A stretch of 64,000 nucleotides of DNA from positions 1,302,001-1,366,000 of the forward strand of contig JBNJNM010000008.1 in assembly GCA_052426225.1 (NCBI GenBank), in the 5' to 3' direction. Numbering within the stretch: the stretch's first letter is position 1; each line of letters starts with the position of its first letter. This document shows positions 36,371 to 49,703 of this stretch, piece by piece. The translations under genes were made by a program, and so were the position numbers. The stretch is from Zancudomyces culisetae HAW-14-8. Taxonomy: Eukaryota > Fungi > Kickxellomycota. The notes under the pieces were generated by a model. That model did not search any database. It saw nothing but the letters and a program-made list of their open reading frames with translations, and had not been told where the DNA came from.

Positions 36371-39300
36371 TATGTTGCAACTGCAAATAGTACATTAATT
36401 AATGTTGTCAATAGTCTTACCAACCATAAAAATATATACTATTCAACCCACTTTAGTCATTTAGTACCAGATCCATACATCATTAATTATTAATTTTATT
36501 AACTTAACATGATAATGAGCTATAAGTTTATTTACATTGTCATAATGGAATATTAATATATTATACATATAACATGAAAATTATAATAAGGATTTATGAT
36601 CAGGAATCATCATATTAAATGAGTTTATATTTATAAAATGTATATAATAATTAATATTAACATTTATGTAATTGTTTTATATAAACTATTTATATAGATA
36701 TATTTAATTTTATTATTAACGCTGTAACAAGTGCCATAATATTTAAGTTGTAAAATAACATAATATTACATATCTTGATATAGAACTGTTAATCCAATTT
36801 TATAATTATAATATGACTTATATTATTATCGTCATATGAAAATTATTCATATCTATTGTAATATGTTTGTATTATAGTGTTTCAAAATATATTACAACAA
36901 TGTAATATGCTTTATGTTTTATGACATTATTGTATATTAAATTCGCATTAATATTTTAAGGTATAGAAAATTTCATCAATTATAATGTTATAAATATATA
37001 ATAAGCATTAAAGTATACTAAAATTAATAGTATAATATACGGTATATAAATTTATTAATATATAATATTATATACACAATCATAATATATGTTAATAATA
37101 TAGAATGATAAACAATGGATGGCATTATAAACTTATTGTATAAATTATATTTATAAGCCATTATATAACTTATGTTCTATTGTATTTTAATCATAATTAA
37201 TAATAAATTTGATAGTATATATGTTTATTAATAATCTTTTATATATCATATTAATTTTATGTAATAATATGTTAAATATTATTTATCATTTTAATCATAA
37301 TGACATTATGTATATTTAACTTATTAATATTAATTATGATTATATGAATATTATTCAATGTATATACATATTTATTATATTCATATTATCGCATATAATG
37401 CTATTATATATATCTGATTGTATAAATATATGATAATTATAATTTGTATCAACTAAACCAGTAATATTTAAATTTTATTATTATAAATTACATAATCAAA
37501 CATTATTCTACATAATACATAATTGAAGCTATATATATTATTTTTAACATAAAATATCATAAAATGTTATTGTAGTTATAAATAGTTAATTAATTTAATT
37601 TTATGATACGATTATTATTGAAATGTAATGATTAAACACTATATGATTTAACATACATCAGGAATATACTATAATTATTGTAAATGAATGATACAGAGGG
37701 ATTGATACATTATAAACGGCATATATAGTATATCATAAGGAATCCTTTACATGATCGAGTAGTATAATATATGTATAATAAATTTTTAACAATTATTGTG
37801 GTATCGGCTTACAAAATATGCATAATGTATTAATATTATTATAACTGTAATATGATACTATCACAATATATATATGTGATAATATATTGTAATTAAATTT
37901 TATATTTTTTATATTATTATTTATGTTGTATGTATACACTTTTTTTAATTTATAATATATGAATAAATTACTCCATATTTTAAATATATAATAATATATT
38001 GTAAATAACATATATATATTATATATTAGTATACATATATCATAATATGTTAACTAACTTAAATAGACAGTTATCATCGCATCGAAATTATTTAAAATTA
38101 CGCATGATTATATTATAAAATTATAATCGGTTATATTAAGATATTCTATTATCTTGATTTCCATGATAAATATTTTAATATATGCAACTATAAAAAAATA
38201 TGTTGCCAATATGTTTATAAGTATCAATGTATCAAATTAATAATTAAAGTTAATTCTGATTTTAGATTATATAAATTTGATTGACATATATAATATCAAG
38301 AAAATACAGTTTATTATCGATATAAAATAAGATGTATGTGTATGGAGATTAATCTTATCATATTTTATATAAATATATGTACATTAATTAAATATTTACA
38401 AATGTATAATAATATATATACATGGTTATATTAAATGTAATAATTATTACTGTATATATAAAATATATCAACAACTATCATCATTAATAATACATACAAT
38501 TGATACGATTTTATAATATAAACAATAAATTTTGAATAATATTGATATCTTTACAAAATATATATTGGTTGATACAAAATATACAATTTATGGAACTATA
38601 CATTATATGTAATCATGTTAAACAATATTTCATTAGCAATGTAAAAACGATATAATTATCATATCATACTAATATATATATTATTTATCATAAAATATCA
38701 AATAATTCGATTATTAATATATAAACAAACATTTACAACTAAAATAAAAATATATATAAAAATATAAATAATATAAAAATTATTGTAAAAATTTTCTTGT
38801 TACAATTAATGAATATTTTGACTTGTATTATTAAAATCATAAATATTTTACAAATAGTCATATTAATATATATATAACTGATAGATATATATATGATAAA
38901 TATATAAATATATACATTTAGTATTAATCGTGCCACGCGATTGTTAACATATATTTATATAATTATTGCATATTTTTTCACAGTATTATAATTTATATGA
39001 TTCCATTTTGGTTTTATTAGTATTCATAGTAATTATATAATTAATATGATAAAATTAATTTCACATAATATATCTAGCATTATATTAAAATTAATTGTAT
39101 TGTAAAATGAATGGTTAATATTTTCAATATATATTTAATTCATAAATTATATTAATTTAAAATATTGGTATATCGTTTACCATATTATCAAATAAAACTA
39201 ATCGATTTTGATATATGTATATCAATTATTCATTATATTTTAGACAATATATATAATATCTATATATAAAATTAATTCAATATATAAACAATAATTATAT

Positions 39301-40049
39301 AATATATTATATTATTATATTCAAAATATAAGCATGATGTGATATATATTCTCATACCATTATAATGTTTATCGATATTGAACATTTGTAAATATACACA
39401 TAATGCTGTACAATATGTCAAAAATCCGGTATTTATTAAGTAGCATTGTAAATTATCTATAGCCTCTTTCTAGTTTTTATTAACATAAAAATACTATATA
39501 TACCATAATCAAATTTTAAATACAATAGATATCTACAATATATAACATATATGAATGATCGTAAAAATACGTGATTAACATTATTTTTATTTTAATTACT
39601 CTATATTTTGAAATTAACAATAAATAATTATACAATAAAATATACATATTAGTGTTAATATATGATATAAATATTACATATATATATACTTAATATGAAT
39701 AGTTAATACAAATTATTGAAATAATATAATTTAATAATATATCTATAATGCAAAAAAATATAAATATATGATTACTATGAATTATGAGTAATAATATTTT
39801 GTTAGACAAATATAAATATGTATGATTATGATAATGTAATGAATTGATAGTTATATGTATATACAATAATATATATAAAGTGGTTATATTAATATCAATA
39901 TAATATTACACATATATTAATAATATAATTATGTATAATTTATAATTTGAGCAATATATATAATGTGTATTCTTACCACATCATCATCTAGATGTACTAA
40001 TACATTGTGTTTAATATGAGTAGCATTAGTTTATAATCTTGCTATGCCA

Positions 40050-43000
40050 AAATTAAAGAATAATATTATAAGTGTTAACATCTTGTTCATGCTTCCAACA
40101 TGCTATTCAGGACCATTGCCTTTGTAATCAATGTAATAATATGTGGTACCAGCAATATCTTTTGTTTCCAAAAATTATATTTACCACAATTCTATATATT
40201 ATTGATGATATCTGGGATGTGGTCTGATGTCTGGTCATATCGCGAGTTCTGATGTGTGATATTATTCTCGCATTGGTACATGAAATACTGAATGTATCTT
40301 CATGTTTGGTGGTAATTGTAGCTTAAATGTGAACTCATTTATTGTTCCTATAATCTTGTATGGACCTATCTTTTTGTTATTCAATTTGTTGGAGGGTCTG
40401 ACAGTTTGTGTATATTTTCTTATTAACCATACTTTATCACCTATTTTTAACTTTGGATGTCGTTTTCGGTTCTGTCAGCAAACTTTAATCAGTTATAATT
40501 GCATTTTGTAACACTTTTTTAATGTCATGATGATGTTTTTCCAGTTCTATAACACGGTTTTCAGCACTTGGAATTAACTCAATAGTTGGTATTTGTGGTG
40601 AAAATGAAGTATCAAAACCATATAATGCTTTAAATGGTGACATCTTTATTGCACAGTGAAAAGCATTATTGTATGAATATTCAGCTAATGGCAGTAGTTT
40701 GCACCAGTTATCTTGCATGTAGTCACTGTAACACCTCAAATATTGCTTCAATGTTTGATTAGTACGCTCAGTTTGACCATTAGTTTCAGGGTGATAAGCA
40801 CTAGAAAGTTTAATTTTTACGTTTAACAGTTCGTAAAAACGCTTCCAAAACTTGCTTAAAACTGAGATCCTCTATCAGAAATAATTTCATCAGGTGTACC
40901 ATGTAGTTTAATCACGTTTCTAATGTATGTAGAAACTGTTTCGGGTGAAGTCGGCAGCTTTTTAAATAGTACGAAATGTGCCATTTTAGTATATCTATCA
41001 ACAATAACCATTATTAATGTATACCCATTTGACTTTAGGAGATCAGTAAAGAAGTCCATAGTTATAGATTTCCATGGTCCAGGTGCTATTGGTAACGGTT
41101 GAAGCAATCCATACTGTTTATGTCTGTTAGATTTATTTTTTTGACATACATCACATTTATTAATGTATTCTTTTACATTTTTCATATTTGTTTTATAAAA
41201 TAGATTCTATCCAATTTTATTATTGTTTGTTGTATCCCAAAATGTCCAGCTGCACCTGAATCATGAACTTCTTGAAGTAATTGCATCCTTAGTACATCAG
41301 GTACATATATTTTTTCATTTATATATAATATACCATTACGTTTTATAATGATATCAGATTCTTTTAGTTGATGTTTTAAATCATTAATGTCGATATTATT
41401 CTGCTCAATATATGTTTTAATGTTGATTATAAGTTCACTTTGTGGTATTATGATTGCATTAATAAAGTGTTTTCCCTCAATAATATTGTGATTTAAAACT
41501 TTTGAATCATCACTATTACTATATCTTGAAACTGCATCAGGTTTACAACTTTGTTTTCCTGGTCTGTAGGTGATGTCAAAGTCATATTCATTTAGTAATA
41601 ATGACTATCTGGCGGGTCTTCTGTTGAAATTTTATGTTTTTAAATGACTCAAAATTCTTATGATCAGTATAAATTATGAATTTTTGTGATGCTCCTTGTA
41701 GGTAATGACGCCATTCTTTTATAGCATTGATGATTGCTAATAGTTCTTTATCATATATATCATAATTTATTTCAGCTTTATCCAGTTTATGTGAGTAATA
41801 TGCACATGGAGCGAGCATCCTATCATCATTATATTGTGATAAAATAGCTCCAATTGCATAATCTATTGCATCAGTCTCAACTATAAACTGTTTATCTGGT
41901 TCGGATATTGTAATATTGGTGTAGATGTCAACATATTTTTTATTGTATCAATTGCATTTTGCTCTTTAGATGACCATTCTCACTTTTTATCCTTTTATAG
42001 CAACTCTGTAAGTGGTCTAGTAACCTTGGTAAATCCTTCAATAAACTTCCTGTAATAATTTGCGAAGCCCATAAATACTTGAATATCTTTTGGTTTAGTT
42101 GGCGTATCCCATTCGTGTACACATTTAGTCTTTTCTGGATCATATGATATGCCTTTATCACTAATAATATGACCTAAAAATGTCACTTTTTTGACATCAA
42201 ACTCGCATTTTTCGAGTTTACAATACAGTTTATGCTTCCTTAACTTGCTTAAAACACTTTTAACATGCTCCGTATGTTATTGTATATCCGGTGAAAAGAT
42301 TAGTATCTCATCTAGATATGATATTGCGTTAACATCCAATATATCTCTTAACACATCATTAATAAAATGTTGAAAAGTTGCAGGTGCATTAGTCAATCCA
42401 AATGGCATAACTTGGTATTCATAGTGTCCATATCTGCATCTAAATGCGGTTTTAGGTTCATCGCCTTTTTTTATTCTGACCAAGTTATATGCACTACGAA
42501 GATCCAATTTTATAAATATTCGTGCATCCTTTAATCTATCAAACACCTCATCAATTCTAGGCAACGGATACCTGTTTTTAATAGTGTTTTCATTCAGTTT
42601 TCTGTAATCTACACACAGTCTTAACTCGCCAGATTTCTTTTTTACAAACATTATAGGCGCACCATAAGGTGATTTTGAATGCCTTATAAACTTGTTTGCA
42701 AGATTATTGACAATGTACGACTTTAAATCAGTGCGTTCAGTTTGCGAAAGTGGGTATATTGGACCCCAAAATGGTTTAGAATCTTCTTTTATATCGATTC
42801 TACAGTCATATTCGCATTGATTTGGCAATATTTCAGCCATTTTTGCATCAAAGACGTCAGTAAATTCAATATATTTTAATGGTATTTCAGTAGTAACAGT
42901 AGTAGTATCAGTATCAGTATGATTTTCAACATATTGGAGTCTAAATCATACTTATAAAGTATATTTTTATTCATTTTTTCATCAATATTTTCATTAATAT

Positions 43001-44800
43001 TTTGTGTGTTTTCAGTTGTAAAAGCATCAATATCCATTGAATTTGTATCATTATGTATTTTAAAACAATTATCCAAGTTATCTAGAGTTGTTGCTGTAGT
43101 ATAGATGTCATAGGAGTAACTTGAGTAGCAGATGGAATAACTATAGGTGTTCTTAGTTTGATATTTTTAACTTTTATAGGATTAAAAGTAGGTGTTGATA
43201 TTGGGTATAACTCTGCATCAAGGTCAAGATTTTTAGTAGTTGTAGTTCAGTAGTTGGTGTAAATGTATTACTATCAACTTGGGTAGTTTCAGGTTCAATG
43301 GATGTTTCCTTTGTATTTTTTAAATCAACTTTAGTTAATAATTTTTCAATATTTTCTGAATTTTTTGTATTTTTTCTTAAATTTTTTGTATTTATTCTGT
43401 TATACATATCGTTTAGATTATTTATTGATGTATCACTAACATTAGTAGATAGTTTAAAAATTGTTTTTTCAGCAACACATTCTTGTTTGGTTGTTGTATC
43501 TATATCAAGTTCATTCATTTTTCCTTTATTAATATCATTTATTTCTCTTTTTCCTTCAAAAATTATATTTTGATTCTTTGTTGTAATGTCAATTATTTTT
43601 TGTTGTTCATCATCACTATCTGTTAAGTTATATTTTTCTTGTATTTCTTTTATGTTTTGCAAATACATTTGTTGTACGAGCTTGTTCAACTCACTAGAAG
43701 TCATGTTTTCATCAAATTCGATGTCATATTTATTAGATTTTATAACATTTTTAATTGTATTTTCTTCAATGATTTCTTGTTTTTGTTCATTGACATCCGC
43801 ACTATTAGTTTTAGGTGTACTAAACATCTCATGATCAAGTAGATATCCATAATACTATAATCATCTGTTTGTACAGCATCTGAGACCTTATTTTTCTCAC
43901 GTGACACATTTTTCTTTACAATATTTTTATCCATATTTTTTGCATTTGTACTCATATGTTCTACGTTTATTCCAGATGTAAACAGATATGATTTAAGTTT
44001 AGACAAAATAGTATTTGCATGATCAGTATCCGATTCTGAAGTGTTATTTTGTCCAAAATAACTGCTATTATCATCACTTTTTTCATTATTTTCATCACTA
44101 TTTATTACATTTTGATCACTTTTATCATCCTAAGATGATACTTCTGGTCTATATATAACATCTACTGGCATCTTGTGATGTACACAATTGTTCAAACAGT
44201 AATCAGATTCTAATAAGATGTCGAAAGTATCCCAATTGATACTTGGATTGTGCTTTTTTAACCATGGCATGCCTAATATCACATGACCATGGACAGATTG
44301 AATTGGATGTAAGTTGATGTTTTCTGTGTGACCATTACCAATTGAAACTTTGATATCATTATATGCATGGTTAATACCAGTTGTACTAAGCATGTTACCA
44401 TGAATAGATTCAATACTGAATGGGATGTCAAGTGGTGAAGGTGATAAATTTAACTTTTTTGCGACATTAACGTCGATAAAGTTATCAGAAGACCCACTAT
44501 CAATGAGACAGTCAACTTGAAATGGTTCTGTGATGTCATTAAAAATATTTACAGATATAATTGGTCTGTTATATGTAGCTAAATTACTGTTTTTATTGCA
44601 AAACACGTTGTCCAAAACATGTTTTTTAACCATAATTTCATTTATTTTTTGATATTTTATATCATTATATTGTTGGTTAATCATTGTATTGTTGCACTCA
44701 GCATACAGTTGATCTTTTAAACCACACTTATAACACTTCCTGTTGTTAGATATGTTAACATTAGTTGGTTTAATACTTTTTATAGTTACTTTTGTAGATG
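40050..44800 (-). mobile_element. Degenerate chromovirus (Ty3/Gypsy with chromodomain)
   Basis: Degenerate CCHC (~44700-44745), protease LIDSGS, long low-complexity linker, RT, RNase H, integrase, GPY/F (KKIGPYKI..VFHV) and chromodomain-like YYIDYKG..W at ~40080-40200. Confidence 0.9.
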
Positions 44801-44993
44801 AATTTTGCTGTTTTTTGACAATATTTTGAGCAATTTGATGATTATGGTTGTAGTGTTTGATATTTAATTATTAATTAGAAATAATATTAGTGTTTTCAGT
44901 ATAGCTATTGTAAGTTATATGATTTCCACTTCATATGCATATGTATTAGTGTTTTAATTATCATTGTTTGCTTCAACATCACATATTGATGTA

Positions 44994-46751
44994 CAGTGAC
45001 TCAAAATTTGTTCGAATGTTTTTGATGTTCATTCAAAAATTAGTATATCTAGCGAATATATATCGTATCCCTATATATTTTACAATTAATATACATCCAT
45101 ATACCATGTATTACCTATCATATTTTTAGAATACTTGAAGCAGCCAATCAACTGTAGTTAAACTTTTTGTAAAGATATTTTATTTGAACAATTATTTTGC
45201 TAATAATAAAAAAATATATAAACGTAATTAAACTAGCATTTAGTATAGTCACCACTGGCTTTAATACAGCATGAATTCTTGTTGGCATGCTACTGATTAG
45301 CGACATACACTCGTCACGTGTTATCTTATGCCACTCGTCTTGTACGCGGTCCCAAAGTTCGTTCATCTCTTTTGGTGCATTTTCGTGATTTGACAGCCGT
45401 CTTTTCAAATTGACCCATAGATGTTCAATTGGATTTAGGTCAGGTGACTGCGCTGGCCAGTCAAGCACCTGAATTGAGTTAGTTTGCAACCAGGTTTTTG
45501 TGATTTTTGCGGTGTGTTTTGGATCGTTATCATGCTGAAAAGTTGTACTTTCCCTGTCTAAGTCGTACCACTCCATTGGTTTTACCTGTTCGTCTTCAAG
45601 AATATCACAGTACAACTCTGCATTAAGTCCGCAATCAATTTTAGTAAGATATCCTGGGCCTTCTGAAGTCATGCATCCCCATATCATGATTGAACCTCCA
45701 CCATGTTTTATAGTTTTTTTAACATGGTTCGGTTTTAACTGGCTCCCTTGTATTTTCCAGCACCACATGCGCCCATCTGATCCATATCTGTTAATTTTCG
45801 TCTCGTCAGACCATATCACACGTTTCCAGTCTTCTACAGTTCAATGCTGATATTTTTTATCAAATGCAAGTCGTCGTTTAATTTGGCCTAATTTTAGCAT
45901 AATTTTTTTGACCTTAGGTTTTGCACTTAAACCAAATACTTTTCTAGCCATATCGCACTGTTTGAGGAACCACAGATACGAGGATATTATCCTTGAGAAA
46001 TTTTGAAGCGTCTGTCGCTGTATCAAATTGTCCAGACGTAATTTTCCGAATTATTAATCGCTCATTAGCTTTTGTCAATTTATTTGGGCTGCCAGGTGAA
46101 ATATTTTTTATTGATGGACGATACTTTTTTATTATGTTAGATATTGTCCCTTTACTAATAGATAGTTTAGATGCAATATGGCTATATGAGTGTCATGGCC
46201 AATCAGGTGACATCTAACCTCCCATAACATTTATTCTAATATTTACTTAGTATTTAATTAATAACATTTGCCTAGCTGTAATTCCTTAAGAATTACAACC
46301 CTGTTTAACTAATAAAACTCGTTCTGTGACATATGAGTATCCATTATTCAGCAGATTTATAACACTCCAAACTTTTTCATTATTGAGTTTTTACATCGTA
46401 TTTAAATTGATCAAAATTTTGTATTTTAATAATAAAATGGATTGTGTAGATAATTGTTAGTTAAATCTAGTATAATGTAAATTTTTTAAATGATATCTAT
46501 CAAAATGAATAATATAACAACAAAATTGATAAATTTAATTTAAAACCAAAAAATTGTTCAAATAAAATATCTTTACAAACGTATAACTACAGTTGATTGG
46601 TTATTTCAAGTAATCTAAAAATTCGAAAGGTAATACGTGGTATATGGATGTATAATAATTGTAAAATTTATAGGGATACGATATAGTATTCGTGAGATAT
46701 AATAATTTTTTAATGGACATCAAATCATATGAACAATTTTTCGAGTCACTG
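44994..46751 (-). mobile_element. Tc1 element, near-identical inverted copy of 27353-29110
   Basis: Identical translated ORFs (45148-45819 = 28285-28956); TA|CAGTG terminus at 44992-44998. Confidence 0.93.
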
Positions 46752-47147
46752 TTTAATATTGTTTTTATGCTATATTTATCCAGATACAATTGTGTGTACC
46801 AATCTTTATTATACATCGTAAATTTTTTACTAGATACTATTATTATCGATTAATCCATTACCTTAAAATTTGGTAAAAAATTAAATCGATAAAAAGAGTG
46901 TTAAATTTAGAAACTTTATACGTAATGATGTGTGTAATGACAGACATCACTGTATAATTTTTTTAAAATAAGTAAAACTAACTAAATATAATAAATTTAA
47001 ACCATATATAAACTGACGTCCCCTGTTTCCTGATGAATCTTTACCATCGTTGAGCTAGGTATGGGTGGGAATTGGGTTGGACATAATTGTATCTGGATGT
47101 TCGCATAATAATAATAAGTTTTCATTCATTCAACTAAACATATTATA
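46752..47147 (-). repeat. Inverted copy of the DIRS right end (26957-27352)
   Basis: Reverse-complement match with only a few differences, contiguous with the duplicated Tc1. Confidence 0.88.
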
Positions 47148-47599
47148 ATCAAGCTACATTATGCAAAATAAAATTTGAAATAGTCAAGATTCATTGTGTA
47201 AAAAATGCTAGATTAAATAAATCATAAAGCCATCACTTTCTCGGTTCTTTTTTACCCACTACCTACTACTTTTATATTAAAAAAGCGAAAAGATATTTTT
47301 TCATATTTTAGTAATGCAAGCATACAACGATATTAAAAATCGATTATTAAGGCAAAATCCACATTATTAAGTGACAACCTCGATAGCCATCTAACTGGGT
47401 TACATCCTTTTTCGAATATAAATGCTTGTATGTTAAAAAAATCCTTAATATCAGATTCGTAGTAATGGTTACTCTAAATTTAAGAATAATATACACCACA
47501 ATTAGACCATGTTTACCATTAAAGTAGAATTCTATGATATAATAACGGCTTTATTAGTTTTTTTGAAGATCTAGTTTTTTATTTAGATAATTGAATAGC

Positions 47600-48200
47600 T
47601 TAGATTGTACTTAAAAAACTAGATGTAAGAAACTAGTATATCGGTAATCGACTACCTCGTCTCTATAGAAAATTCATACTTTCCAGATATTAATCCAAAA
47701 ACATCATTTCTGCGCTGCGTCAATCTCGGATGATTTATTGTTTCGGTAGACTTTATTCAAACATCTCACGACTCTACAGTTCAGTCAGATGTATCTACTG
47801 ACCTTTTTCTCTTACGTGTCGAATAAAGATTTTTTCATTCCATTTATGTTTTTCTGAAGCTTATAACTTTTAATCGAAGACTAAACGAAGATAGATATAC
47901 CTCTCAAAGATCAGAATGTTATCTAAACTTTTGCATGAAATAATAAATTCTGTATCAATTGATATTGTTCTGCACTTTTGAGCACTTACTGACATTCCAA
48001 ATTTTTCAGTTCAATTACCTATAATATTTAAAGGTAATCTCTTGTCCTCTGGTGTTTCAGCTAACATCACCAAGTTATCTGCAAAGCGTAAACCTGGTAC
48101 AGTTGCATCTATTATCTCACTAAATATATCGCTGATGTATACATCGAATAGGAATGGTGGCAATGAACAACCCTATCTATACCTTGTCAAAAGGTATTGT
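47600..48200 (-). pseudogene. Non-LTR (LINE) reverse transcriptase fragment
   Basis: Minus-strand GCSLPPFLFDVYISD...VPGLRFADNLVML (RT motifs 4-5). Confidence 0.7.
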
Positions 48201-48623
48201 TGTAAACAAAATAAATCAATCAAGCTCTATTTTTGTTCCCCGAAAGATGTGTCCTTCAATTATTCAAAAAATTGAACATTTGGCTTTAATTATGTTGTTC
48301 TTATGGTATATTTTTGTGGTTTTCACATTCATTAATGTATATCTCTATCCTATCTTTGTTTAATTATCCTGATTTAAACTAATGTTGTGATGAATGATAA
48401 CTACCGTGTACTTGCTATAATCATAATGAAATATATCAACAGTTTCTACTAAGATTGTTTATAAATTGAATATTTGTTTTAAGTTTATCATTTTCGTTAC
48501 TAGGTAAAAGGGATTTATCATAAAAGTAGTAGGGATTTTAAAAAGAATACTTGTAATAAATAGTACGTAAAACTAAAGATATAGATAAAGCGTTAAACTA
48601 ATGTCATCATTATTATCCTATAT

Positions 48624-49703
48624 TCAATATAGAAGTGTCGATGTCAAAAGGGAAACTGCGAGTAAGAGGGGTGTAACTGACTTTGAAAGAAAACCAGCTG
48701 AGCTGGAGCTGGAGGTGGAGCTGGAAGTGTTTTGTGAATCGGCAGAATCACCGGAAGATGCTGATTGTTTTTCATCTACAAGATCTGATTTACTAATTCC
48801 TGTAGTATCCACAATCCAATCAACATAGCTGCTTAAGCGAGAAAAATAATTTGTTGAACCATCACTACCGGGCTTAACGGTTGTAGAACCACGAGTAGAG
48901 CCTAGTCCATAGAACAAACCAACTAGCAAGTTAGATCCATTGTCTGTATACACCAGTGGTCCTCCAGTATCACCAGCGTACGCACTTTTACCGCCTGAAA
49001 CAACAGTACAAATAAGATTTCCGTCGTTACCCGTCCATAACCCGCCTAGCACCTCGCAATCTTTTGAAGAAGAGGGTGACACAGTAACTTTATTTAAAGT
49101 GTCGGAGAGTTTAGTTGTTACACTAAGCGAAGTTGAACCCCAACCCACTGTAGTCAATGACATTTTATTTGTAACCTTTCCGTTGTAGATCTTTGCTGGC
49201 GTTGCAACTTCTTTTGGTACTGGTTCCGAAAGCTCAATCAAGCCTATACTAGTCACCCCTTTTGATGTTGATGAACTAGAATAGTCTGGGTGAGCATAAT
49301 ATTTCTTTACATTGTATGACTGTACATCTGCTTTTAAACTGTTTAAATCTGTGCCAAATGTAACCGAAATATCGCTGGTCATAGCTCTCATTTTTAAAGT
49401 TTGCTCATAGAAACAATCGCTCAGTGTCACTACAAACTTATCTGAAATTAGTGAACCCGTACAGAAGTTACCTGAAGTTGAAAACATTATCACGACACCA
49501 CCCATATATGGGAACTCTTCGATCTTTGCTGGCTGCCCACCTAAAATTCGTGCATTGTTTTGGGAATCCGCAGTACTATTGCTCAAATTTTTGGTGACAA
49601 GACCCGAGTTGCAGACCGCAGCAGCAGACGCTGGGTTCAGGTTGGAAAAGGCTAGTGTTGTCACTATAGCCTTCGATGTTGTATTCTTGTCAAAGAACAT
49701 CAT
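48624..49703 (-). CDS. Trypsin-fold (S1A) serine protease homologue, non-catalytic, probably GPI-anchored
   Basis: R|ILGG activation site, FCTGSLI, VGWG, GDTGGPL, Ser-rich linker and hydrophobic C-terminus; TATA at ~49808. Confidence 0.9.
   Translation of the reverse strand: MMFFDKNTTSKAIVTTLAFSNLNPASAAAVCNSGLVTKNLSNSTADSQNNARILGGQPAKIEEFPYMGGVVIMFSTSGNFCTGSLISDKFVVTLSDCFYEQTLKMRAMTSDISVTFGTDLNSLKADVQSYNVKKYYAHPDYSSSSTSKGVTSIGLIELSEPVPKEVATPAKIYNGKVTNKMSLTTVGWGSTSLSVTTKLSDTLNKVTVSPSSSKDCEVLGGLWTGNDGNLICTVVSGGKSAYAGDTGGPLVYTDNGSNLLVGLFYGLGSTRGSTTVKPGSDGSTNYFSRLSSYVDWIVDTTGISKSDLVDEKQSASSGDSADSQNTSSSTSSSSSAGFLSKSVTPLLLAVSLLTSTLLY

Noticed and set aside
37793-38936. Short I/Y/N-rich ORFs in the AT-rich tract
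   Set aside because: Compositional artifacts of extremely AT-rich sequence.
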